A DNA stretch of 62,434 bases, the filler included, from an uncultured bacterium (GTDB lineage Bacteria; DAOPZR01): assembly GCA_964637655.1 (NCBI GenBank). It is 11 parts of 11 records of this genome, joined end to end, with 100 filler letters (N's around TTAATTAATTAA, not from the genome) between each part and the next. Parts side by side here need not be neighbours in the genome. Positions count along the whole stretch, not along the records: positions 45,794 to 51,285 come from CAZWUZ010000255.1; positions 51,386 to 56,863 come from CAZWUZ010000256.1; positions 56,964 to 62,434 come from CAZWUZ010000257.1; 8 more parts are not named here. One strand, 5' to 3'. A model generated the notes under the pieces. That model was given only the letters and a program-made list of their open reading frames with translations. It was not told where the DNA came from and made no database searches. The translations under genes were made by a program, and so were the position numbers. Positions within the stretch are counted from its first letter, which is position 1, and each line of letters starts with the position of its first letter. Positions 48,077 to 57,484 of this stretch are shown here, one piece after another.

Positions 48077-49725
48077 GTTTCCTGACCGGCTTTTTCTCCT
48101 GGCGCCGCTCGGAACTGGTGCACCTGCTCGCCGCCAAGACCGTTGCCAACCCCGTGTTCATGGTCGAAATGCGGCGCTGGATGCGCGGCAGCCGCCCGGT
48201 GCTCCTCATCACCTCCTACCTGCTGCTGCTTTTCGTCGTCGTCGCCACCGTGGTCGGCGGCATGTCCGCACAGCGCTACTTCAGCGGCGGGCAGCCGGTG
48301 CTGGCGCATATCGGTGAGCGGGTGGTCAATGCCCTCTTCATGCTGCAGCTCGGCGCGCTCTTCCTCGTCACCCCGGCCATGACCGCGACTGCCATCCCGC
48401 GCGAGCGCGAGCACCGTACCTTCGGTTTTTTGCGTACCACCCTGCTCTCGCCCGGCGATATCGTCACCGGCAAGGTGCTCGCCGCCGTCGCCTTCAATCT
48501 CATCCTCATGCTCGTCGCGCTGCCGTTCTATTCCGTCGTTTTCCTCACCGGCGGCCTGTCCCCGCTGCAACTGGCGGTCGGGGCCGGCGGGCTTTTCCTG
48601 CTCAGCGCGCTGCTTGCCGCGCTCGGGGTCACCATCGGCATCGAGATGCGGCGCAGCGTTCCCGCCTTCATCGCCGCCTACGTCATCATCGGCATCTGCG
48701 CCTTTCCCGCCATGAGCCTGGTCTACGTCCTCGAACGGATGCAGCGCATGGCGCGCATGAGCGGCGCCTACGCCGGATCGACTTCCGTGAACGAACTGCT
48801 CATCGTCTTCGCGCTCTTCACCGTCATCACCTCCGCCTTTTTCTTCCTCTTTCTCGCGCTCGGGCGCGAGCGGCTGGCGGGCTGGTACGAGCGCGGTTCG
48901 ATGTTCCGCCTCGCGCTGCTCCTCTTCGCCGTGCTCATTCCCGTCGCCATCCTCGGCACGACCATGGTGCTGCACCCGGTATCCGCGTTCAGCGCCATGC
49001 CGTCACGCATGACGTTCTACTCGCTGCCGTCAGCCATCCGCGGCCCGCTCGGCGGCTGTTTCGGTCTCGCCCTCTTCGCCCCGCTCCTCTGGCTGGTGCT
49101 TTTCGGCACCCGCCCGCCACACCCCGTGCAGGCCAACCAGCCGCTGCTGCGCGCCTGGCTCGACGGGCTGCGGCCGCGCAACCTGCGCCGCGAGGACCCG
49201 CTCAACTTCCCGCTCTACAATGTCATCCTGCTCGTCGCCGGGCTCGCGGTCATCGTCCCGTTCATCCTCTACTGGGGCGCCCTTTCCGCACTCGGCCTGC
49301 TGCTCCTCTTCTTCGTCTACGGGCTGGTGCAGGTGCTCTTCTGGGGCGGGCTGGCGCAGGCGCTGGCGCTCTGGCTCGCGCCGCGCCGCCTGCTCAACCT
49401 CGGCACCGTGCTCATCGCCGCACTCATTGCGCTCGTCACGATTTCCCCTGGCCTGCTGCTCATGCTCTTCGACCGGACCGGGAGCAGCGCCTGGCTGAAA
49501 GATACTGTCTTCGCCCCCGAGGTCTGGTCGCCGCTCGGTTTCATCTTCACCTACTGCCTCGACGATTTCAACGAGGCGCTGCGCTTCGACGGTGATTTCC
49601 TCTTCCACTACTTCGTCGGGCTCAACCTCTACCTTTTCGCCTCGGTCATTCCCTGGCTGGCCGCCGTTTTCGGCTGGCGCTTCCGCCGCCGCACCGGACT
49701 CGAACTGCCCGACGAAGATGCGTGA
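48073..49725 (+). CDS. ABC-2 type permease
   Basis: NPV...E.R..MR, ERE..T...L..T.L....IV.GK; many TM helices. Confidence 0.85.
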   Translation: MSFLTGFFSWRRSELVHLLAAKTVANPVFMVEMRRWMRGSRPVLLITSYLLLLFVVVATVVGGMSAQRYFSGGQPVLAHIGERVVNALFMLQLGALFLVTPAMTATAIPREREHRTFGFLRTTLLSPGDIVTGKVLAAVAFNLILMLVALPFYSVVFLTGGLSPLQLAVGAGGLFLLSALLAALGVTIGIEMRRSVPAFIAAYVIIGICAFPAMSLVYVLERMQRMARMSGAYAGSTSVNELLIVFALFTVITSAFFFLFLALGRERLAGWYERGSMFRLALLLFAVLIPVAILGTTMVLHPVSAFSAMPSRMTFYSLPSAIRGPLGGCFGLALFAPLLWLVLFGTRPPHPVQANQPLLRAWLDGLRPRNLRREDPLNFPLYNVILLVAGLAVIVPFILYWGALSALGLLLLFFVYGLVQVLFWGGLAQALALWLAPRRLLNLGTVLIAALIALVTISPGLLLMLFDRTGSSAWLKDTVFAPEVWSPLGFIFTYCLDDFNEALRFDGDFLFHYFVGLNLYLFASVIPWLAAVFGWRFRRRTGLELPDEDA

Positions 49726-51285
49726 ACTGCTTGCCGCCACCCGCCGCCGCCTGCTGCTGCTCTTCCTGCTCCGCCATACCGTCGTCCTGCTGACCGCCGC
49801 CGCCGCCGCCGCACTGCTCCACATCCTGCTGCACAAGTGGCTCATCCTCGCCTGGGGCTGGCCGCTGACCGCGCTGACCGCTGCCTGCAGTGCGGCCGTC
49901 ATCCTCTTCTGGCGCGAACGGCACCGCATGCCCGACCTGCGCGGTGCCGCGCATGCGCTCGACCTGCGCCTCGGCAGCAAGGACCGTTTCCTGACCGCGC
50001 TGACGCTCCCTCCCGCCGCCGCCGGCTCCCCCTGCGCCGAGTGGCTGCTGCACGAGGTGAGCAGCACCAGTGCCGCCCTCTCACCGCGCCGCCTCTTCCC
50101 CGTGCGCCCGTCGCGCCCGTGGCTGCTGCCGCCCTCGCTTGCCCTCGCGGCGCTCCTCGCCTTCGCCTATATACCCGAGCCGCCACAACCGCTGCGCCTG
50201 ACCGCGGCCGACCGCGCCCTGCTCGCACAGGCGGTGCAGCAGGCCGAGGCGCTGCAGCAGGAACTCGCGGAGGATGCGCGGCGCGATGCCCGCGTGCAGG
50301 AGGCTGCTGACGCGCTGCAGCAGGCGGCGCGCGACCTGAGCGATCAGGACGCCGGCAAGGACCGCGTGCTGGCCGCGCTCGACCGCGCCGCGCGTGCGCT
50401 CGACACGCAGCGTGCCGCACTGCAGGCGAAGGAAAACGCCGTCAACGGCGAACTGGCGCAGGGGATGACGGAGAGCGGCTACAGCGACGCCGCGCAGGCG
50501 CTGCGGCGCGGTGAATGGCAGCGCGCGCTGGAGAGCGCCGCGTCTGCCGTCGAGCAGAACGGACTGAGCAACCGCAGCGCGGCCGGGCGACTGGCTGACG
50601 CGCTGCAGCGCGCCGGCGAGCAGGCAGGAGGCGCGCTCGGCCAGTCACTGCGCGATGCCGCGCAGGCCGCACGGACAGGCAATGCCGGGCAGACCGCGCA
50701 AGCCATGCGTCAGGCCGCCGGCAATACGGCAGCCGCCAACGCGCAGAACCGCATGCAACAGGGTGCGCAATCGCTGCGCGACACGCGCCAGAATATAGCG
50801 CAAGGCAGACAGGGACAAGGCCAGCAGGGTCAGGGACAAGGCCAGCAGGGTCAAGGCCAAGGGCAGCAGGGTCACCAAGGGCAGCAGGGTCAGGGCCAAG
50901 GCCAGCAGGGTCAAGGCCAAGGGCAGCAGGGTCAGGGCCAAGGCCAGCAGGGTCAAGGCCAAGGCCAGCAGGGTCAAGGTCAAGGCCAACAGGGCCAGGG
51001 TCAGTGTCAGGGGCAAGGCCAGGGACAGGGGCAGGGACAAGGGCAAGGGCAAGGGCAGGGACAGGGCCAGAGTGGTCAGGGGAATTCGCAGCAGGGCGGG
51101 GCCGGTATCGGGCGCGGTTCCACGGATCTGCGTCAGACCGGCGGCCCGGTACAACCCGGCCGGGGCGGCACCGCCGCGCCCGCACCCGACAAGTTCCGCG
51201 CCTACCAGCAACTCTATGCGCCGGAAATCATCGGCGGCCCCGGGCGCGATGTGCAGGTCACCGGCCAGGGGGCGGGCCAGGGACC
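49718..51285 (+). CDS. Membrane-anchored coiled-coil protein with Gly/Gln repeats (truncated)
   Basis: A...D..L..KDR..TAL after TM helices, helical Ala/Gln region, (GQGQGQQ)n tract. Confidence 0.75.
50800..51080 (+). repeat. Coding tandem repeat (about 21-bp units, GQGQGQQ)
   Basis: Repeated caaggccagcagggtcag variants. Confidence 0.85.
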
Positions 51286-51385
51286 NNNNNNNNNNNNNNN
51301 NNNNNNNNNNNNNNNNNNNNNNNNNNNNNTTAATTAATTAANNNNNNNNNNNNNNNNNNNNNNNNNNNNNNNNNNNNNNNNNNNN

Positions 51386-52304
51386 GGGCAAGCGACAGCG
51401 GCAACCAGCCAAGATACGCCGGCATCGACTCGATAAAGTTCATCCCGCCGTGATAATCGCTGAAATCCGTGCCCAGAATGCCGGGAAACAGCAGCCGCAC
51501 GAGTTCAAATCCCTCGAGCCAGCACTGGCGCAGCAACATCGTATACGGCATGTCATCGCCACGCATGGTCAGGATAAACGGAAGCCAGCGCCCTGCCGAC
51601 CACACGCCGGCGAGCACCAGTGCGCCAAGCGTCACCGGCAGCGGCTGCCACCGGCTACCGCTGCGCTCATGCCGCGCCAACAGCTGCAGATACGCGGCAT
51701 ACCCGACAGCAAGCAGGATGAGGTAGAACGAGGTCTGCAACATGCCGCCGAGCAGCACCATCCCGGCAGTCAGCGCTTGGTAAATCAGGTTGCGCAGCGT
51801 TGAACGGGACCGATGTGAATGCAACAGGTACAGCCAGAGTGGCAGCCAGGTGAAATTTTGAAATGACGTGTGGCCATATACCATATTCATGACCAGCGGC
51901 GCGGAGCCCAGATATGTCAGCGCCGCGATCCCCCCCCAGAAGGCATTTCCCGCGATACGCCGGTACAGCCAGAAAGCGAACACTCCGGCCGCATAGACAT
52001 GGGCGAGCAACGCCCAGGTAAGCGCCCGTTCCTGTTGTGCCTCCGCAAGAGCGTAGAGCGGCCAGTTCAGCGGATAGAGAAACCTGTTGCCGCTGCCGGC
52101 CCAGTAGCTTGTGCCGCAGTAGTAGTACGGGTTCCATTGCGGAATTTCGAGGCGGTGGGCCGCCCTGACCCCAAACACGTGCAGCGGAAGCTCATACCCC
52201 GGGCGGTCCCACGTGCCATTCAGAACCGCCTCGCCGGTAACCGCCGGCCAAAACCCCGCCAGCACGAGCAGCGCCAGCAGCAGGTAGAAACCGCGCCGTT
52301 TCAT
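51386..52304 (-). CDS. YfhO-like (GT-C) membrane protein (truncated)
   Basis: EIPQWNPYYYCG...LYP; many TM helices. Confidence 0.75.
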
Positions 52305-53776
52305 GCCGTCGCCCGCCGGGATCGGAACAACACGCGCCGCAGCAAGCCTGCCGCCGCACGCGTCATGATCAAAAACCGGCGGACATCCTCGACCCCGGTG
52401 AGGGTATGCAGGTATCTCAGCCAGAGTCGGGGCCGCAGGTAGAACGCCAGAAAGGCACGACGCTGATACTCGAGCAGCATGCGTCCGGACAGTCCCGGCG
52501 GAGCGTAGGGGAGTTCCGTCCGCTCGGAAACATATGTGTCGATCGGCGTCACTGGCGCCGATTCGGCCGTCAGCCGGCGGTAGAATTCACTGCCGGGATG
52601 CGGCACGAAGATCGTGAAGTTGGCGGCATAAAGCGGAAGCCTCCTGCTGAAGGCGATGGTTTCCCCGATGGTTGCCGCGGTGTCGGCGGGCAGGCCGAGC
52701 ATGAAATAGCCACGCACCCGCAGGCCGGCGCGCGCCAACATCGCCACCTTTGTCTCGGCCTCCGCCACGGTCAGCGGCTTGCCGAGCGTGGCCATAACCG
52801 TTTCGTTCCCCGACTCGATACCTCCGGAGACCAGCCAGCAGCCGCCGCGCCGCAGCGCCGTTGCCACCGTACTGTCCACCGTGTTCAGGCTGATCGATGC
52901 CGACCAGCGCAGGGGAAGCCGTTCCGCGGCGAGACGGGCGCAGAATTCAAGCACCCGCTCACGATCGAGGTTGAACACATCGTCGAAAAACGAGATTTCG
53001 CGCACGCCAAAGGTGTCGACCAGATGGCGGCAGAGCCGGATCAGATACTCGGCGGAATGGGCACGGTAGCTGCGCGTCCAGATCAGGTTGGAGCCACAGA
53101 AGCGACAGCCATACGGACAGCCACGGCTGGAAACAACCGTGGCGAACGGCCGGCGGCGATAGGTCAGCGGCTGGGGATAGTAGGCCCCGAGCGTTTCCCC
53201 CAGCAGATGCATGGCGGGAAACGGAAGCGTGTCTAGATCCTCGCGCAGTGGCCGCAGCGGGTTGCACACAATCCGCCCGTCGTTGCGCCGGGCAAGGTTG
53301 GCGATGCCGCCCGGATCATCACCCCGCTCGACACAGCGCACCAGGTCAAGGAAGGCCTCCTCCCCTTCGCCACAGCAGCAATAATTGAACAGCCCATCGG
53401 CGAGAAAATCCTCCGGGCGCAGCGTCGCGTGCGGCCCCCCGGCAACCAGGACGCTTCCCGGGCAGCAGCGGCGGAGTGCCGCCGCTAGCCGGCGCGTTTG
53501 CCCCACCGTATTGCTGTAGGTAGTAATCCCGATCAGGTGCGGGGAAAAATCCGCCACCCGCCGCAGCGTCACCTTTTCCGACAGTCCAAGGCCAAGCGCG
53601 TCGATGAGCTGCACATCGCGATAACCGGCCGCCTCTAGCACGGCCGCCAGGCAAAGCAGTCCGTAGGGCTGCATGCGCGGCGCCGCCGCCTGGTAATCAC
53701 CGTAGAGCCCGCCGGTGATAGGCGGGCCGCTCAGCAGCAGGATGCGCAACCGGCGACCGCCGGGCGCGTCAGCCAC
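52301..53776 (-). CDS. B12-binding radical SAM protein
   Basis: PYGLLCLAAVL, GGPHAT, GEGE, SRGCPYGCRFC, GIESG. Confidence 0.93.
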   Translation of the reverse strand: MADAPGGRRLRILLLSGPPITGGLYGDYQAAAPRMQPYGLLCLAAVLEAAGYRDVQLIDALGLGLSEKVTLRRVADFSPHLIGITTYSNTVGQTRRLAAALRRCCPGSVLVAGGPHATLRPEDFLADGLFNYCCCGEGEEAFLDLVRCVERGDDPGGIANLARRNDGRIVCNPLRPLREDLDTLPFPAMHLLGETLGAYYPQPLTYRRRPFATVVSSRGCPYGCRFCGSNLIWTRSYRAHSAEYLIRLCRHLVDTFGVREISFFDDVFNLDRERVLEFCARLAAERLPLRWSASISLNTVDSTVATALRRGGCWLVSGGIESGNETVMATLGKPLTVAEAETKVAMLARAGLRVRGYFMLGLPADTAATIGETIAFSRRLPLYAANFTIFVPHPGSEFYRRLTAESAPVTPIDTYVSERTELPYAPPGLSGRMLLEYQRRAFLAFYLRPRLWLRYLHTLTGVEDVRRFLIMTRAAAGLLRRVLFRSRRATA

Positions 53777-54758
53777 AGCGGCGCAGCCAGCAGTCGAGAT
53801 TCACGCCACTCTCCGCCCAGTAGGTACAACCGCTGCAGGCGGGGACCGCGGCAAACTCGCCGGCAAGATGCCGGCGCCGGATCTCCCGCAGCCGATCGCC
53901 GTGCCAAATCGCCGCCAGCGTCTCATCAGCAAGGTTGCCGATTATGCCATCCGGCGTGCAGCTGGCACAGCAGCAGCTGACCGTACCATCCCAGTTGATC
54001 GCCGGGTAGAACCAGAGGAAATGGCAGGCGTAGCGCCGCGCCGGCAGCGGCACCGACGGTTCATCGGCGATCGTCCCTCCCCAGTTGGAGAATGGCGTGA
54101 TCTGCACATGATCCGCGAGATTCCGCCACTGTGCGCGAAAGGCCTGCTGTTCGGCTTCGCCGCCCGGACGGCGGACAATCTTCGCCGAGACCCGCGGCAC
54201 AGCGCTGCGCAGCATGCGCTTCAGTCGCTGCAGCGTGCGCACGTTCTCCGTGACCAGCGTGAGAACGTCTTTCCCCTTGCGCGCGGCATAATCGGACGCG
54301 GTCGCCGCGTCGATGCTGACCACCAGCGCGTCAAGCCGGGCAGCAATAAGCCGGCGGGCCGTTTCCTCGTTGAGCAAGGTTCCGTTGGTCGCCAGCTGCG
54401 TCGTATGCGCGGCACGGCGCTGGCGGGCGTGGTCGATCATGTCGGGCAGCGCGGGATTAAGCAGCGGTTCGCCCCAGTTGTGGAGAATAAGCATCGCCCG
54501 CCGGCCGTGCGCGACGCTCTCCCCGATAATGCGTTCGAACAGCGGAAACGGCATCAGGCCTCCTGCTGCTCCCGCCGCCCGCTGCCGCGCCGGCCCGCAG
54601 AATCCGCACTGCAGGTTGCAGCTCCCGGCCGGATCAATGCCGAGCACCGCGGGATACTTCCGCGCCGCGAACCAGCAGGTCGCCAGAACGCGCAACTGCC
54701 GCTGGTAGCGGATGCGGTCCTTCCATGCCGCCAGCCACACAGACGCGCGTCCGCTCAC
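53769..54758 (-). CDS. Radical SAM protein with SPASM/twitch domain
   Basis: CNLQCGFC, GEPLL, TNGTLL, C...W...I.WDG.V..CC, GNL...L..IW; GTGA-coupled start. Confidence 0.9.
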   Translation of the reverse strand: MSGRASVWLAAWKDRIRYQRQLRVLATCWFAARKYPAVLGIDPAGSCNLQCGFCGPARQRAAGAAGGLMPFPLFERIIGESVAHGRRAMLILHNWGEPLLNPALPDMIDHARQRRAAHTTQLATNGTLLNEETARRLIAARLDALVVSIDAATASDYAARKGKDVLTLVTENVRTLQRLKRMLRSAVPRVSAKIVRRPGGEAEQQAFRAQWRNLADHVQITPFSNWGGTIADEPSVPLPARRYACHFLWFYPAINWDGTVSCCCASCTPDGIIGNLADETLAAIWHGDRLREIRRRHLAGEFAAVPACSGCTYWAESGVNLDCWLRRCG

Positions 54759-55792
54759 CCGCGCAGCCTCCGCCACCAGTTGAGTGCGGCCGCCGGATGC
54801 AGGTCGCACAGCAGGTTCAGCTCCGTGTAGCACGCCACCAGGCAGGCGTTGCAGGGGGGGGATGACAGGCGTGCCGCCGCCGCGGCAAACCCGTGTGTCA
54901 GCAGGTTCACCGGCGGCACCAGACCCATCACGTCACAGCAGGGGTAGAGATCTCCGTTCGCATCGACGTAAAAGTGCATCCGGCCGGCATGGCAGCCCGG
55001 TCCGCCATCGCGCGAAGGCAGCGTATAGCCCGCGCCCGGCCAGTCACGAACCCGCTCCAGATATGCCAGAGAAGAACCCAGCTGCCGCCCCCGGGGCGAC
55101 CGCTTCAGCCGGATCAACTCCTCCGCAAGCTGCCGGCGCTGCCCGACTGTGAGCGGTGCCGCAACCGCCGCGGCAGACGCATGCAGCGAGTGCGCGGCAT
55201 CGTGACCGGTATAGAGGTACGGAACATGGACATTGATCTGTGCTCCGTAGGCCTGCGCTGTATCGAGCAGGAACTCCAATCTTTCGCGATTGGCGTCCGT
55301 AAGGACCGCCGTCAGCCAGAACGACCGCCCGGCCCGGTGCAACGCGTCTGCTGCCGCCGTGAAAGCGGCCGTCGCCCCCTCACCGCGCTGCGCATCATTC
55401 AGCGCCGGTGGGCCGTCAATGCTCAAAAAGAACAAATCAACTGCCGCAAGTCGGTCAAGCCGCTCCGGCAGCCGCACGCCGCTGGTCGCCACGGTTACAT
55501 ACAGCCCCTGCGCCCGAGCCCGAGCCGCCAGCTGCCCGAGATCGTCACGCAGGAGCGGTTCGCCGCCGGTCAGGTGGAGACGACAGGTGCCGGCGGCAGC
55601 CAGCTCGTCGATGACCCGCACGGCGGCCGCCGTATCACAGTCCGTAACCGGACGGGCCGCGGCATTGCACCACCGGCAGCGCCAGCAGCAGCGGCTGGTG
55701 ACAGCGTAGTGCACAGCCACCGGCAGGCGCATCCCTGTCAGGCGGGCCGCCGCAACACGCAAGAGACTACGCAGCATCAGCGTCGCCCTCAC
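54755..55792 (-). CDS. Radical SAM protein with a twitch-like domain
   Basis: CCWRCRWC, GGEPLLR, SIDG, CHAGR...VD.NGD.YPC, C..C...CY.E. Confidence 0.88.
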   Translation of the reverse strand: MRATLMLRSLLRVAAARLTGMRLPVAVHYAVTSRCCWRCRWCNAAARPVTDCDTAAAVRVIDELAAAGTCRLHLTGGEPLLRDDLGQLAARARAQGLYVTVATSGVRLPERLDRLAAVDLFFLSIDGPPALNDAQRGEGATAAFTAAADALHRAGRSFWLTAVLTDANRERLEFLLDTAQAYGAQINVHVPYLYTGHDAAHSLHASAAAVAAPLTVGQRRQLAEELIRLKRSPRGRQLGSSLAYLERVRDWPGAGYTLPSRDGGPGCHAGRMHFYVDANGDLYPCCDVMGLVPPVNLLTHGFAAAAARLSSPPCNACLVACYTELNLLCDLHPAAALNWWRRLRG

Positions 55793-56863
55793 GGTCGCCT
55801 CACGGTCGCCGCGGACGGGCGGGTCAGCGGTACTCCGTGCCGGGCACGAGCCACCACCAGCGGATACGGCGCGGCGGTAATATCGCCGTAGTCCAGTTCC
55901 TCGTCGTACGGGCTCGCGGGGCCCAGCAGTCCGGATCCCGCCACCGGCGGGGCTGGCAGCAGCGTCAGCTGACGCGCCGCCGTCTCCCTGAACGCCGCCG
56001 CGTTCTCCGGAGCAGGCACGCCACCCTCCCGCTGCAGGACGAGCACATCGTCCCGGCAGAGGCGCACCACATACACGCCTGCCGCCACCTGCCGCTGCAG
56101 TTCCGTCAGCAGGCCGGCCAGCACCCGTTCATAGTCCGGCCACGCGCCGGCCCGATGCTGCAGGTCAAGGATGATCCAGTCCTCGCGCACTCCAGTGTAG
56201 TGCGGCAGATGGATTGTCAGCCTCTCTGCGAGGTGGGCCAGGATGTTCTCCGTTGCCATCACGCTTCCGACGGGTGGAACCAGCTGTACCGCCGCGCGCA
56301 GAGCCGGCATCCGGGCGGCGGCGGCGGGCACATCTCCATCGCACGCGTAGGGGAGATGCCACAGATGGTCGCCGGCAGCCGCCAGTACTACTGCCATCCC
56401 CAGCAGCACCCGGCCACGCGACTGCAGGTGCAGCCAGCGACACAGCCGCGCCGCGCCGTCGATCGCGGCCGCGAAGAAAAACGGGATGAGCAGCGCCTGA
56501 TAGTAGTTGTACGGATGCATCAGCCACGGCGGTCCCGCCAGGTGGTAGGCGAGCACCGGAACGGCAATCAGGAATATCTCCGGCGCCAGCAGCGGGAGTA
56601 ATGCCAGCGGCAGCGCCATTGCCAGCAGCCACGATGGGAAGCGGGAGACCCCCGCCAGCAGCGCGGTCCCGAGTCCGGCACCGGCGTTGCCGAACAGGCT
56701 CCCCTCGCCGGCATAGAGAAAACCGAGCGGGTCACCGGGCATCCCCCAGCGCGGCAGCACGGCACCGGTCACCGTGATAAAAAATATCGCGCTGAACGCG
56801 GCCAGCAGCAACCCGGCGCGCCGCTTGCCGTCGTGCACAGCGATGAACAGGCCGAAGGCCGCC
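55789..56863 (-). CDS. DUF2079-like membrane protein (5' truncated)
   Basis: Y.A.LIPF...AAI.G, VPP..SV.A......HL..R. Confidence 0.6.
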
Positions 56864-56963
56864 NNNNNNNNNNNNNNNNNNNNNNNNNNNNNNNNNNNNN
56901 NNNNNNNTTAATTAATTAANNNNNNNNNNNNNNNNNNNNNNNNNNNNNNNNNNNNNNNNNNNN

Positions 56964-57408
56964 GGTACGTCTCACCGTGGCGCTGCGCGACCCGGTCGAC
57001 TCCACGCGGGTGCAGGAGCGCAACCTCGTCACGTTTGCGTTCGCGCGCATGCCCGAACCGGTCAGCGCCTTGCCGGTGACCCCGGCCGCGCCGGTCGCCC
57101 GCGGCAACGAGGGTATCGTCTACCTCGGTGGCGCGGCGGTCATTACGCCGGCCCCGGTGCCGACGGCGCCGGTCTTTGTGCCGCCCGCGCCGCCGGTGGC
57201 GGCGGATGCGGCGCGATCGGTTGACTATCATCTGAGCAAGGCGGAAGGGTTTATCCGCCTGGAACGGTACAGCGAGGCGCTGCGCGAAGCGGAAGCGGCG
57301 CTGGCGCTCGACCCGCGCGAGCCGCGGGCACTTGAATTGCAGCGGCGGCTGCGGCGGCTGGTGCTGCTCTTCCAGCCGCCGGCCGCCTCGCCGCGCAGCG
57401 GGCAGTAG
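56964..57408 (+). CDS. C-terminal fragment with a Pro-rich linker and TPR
   Basis: YSEALREAEAALALDP. Confidence 0.6.
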
Positions 57409-57484
57409 TACGGGCAGGACAGTACACGCCGGCTGAGCGGCCGGCGGGAACGATATGACGGGATTACAACGGGGAGATGCAGGC

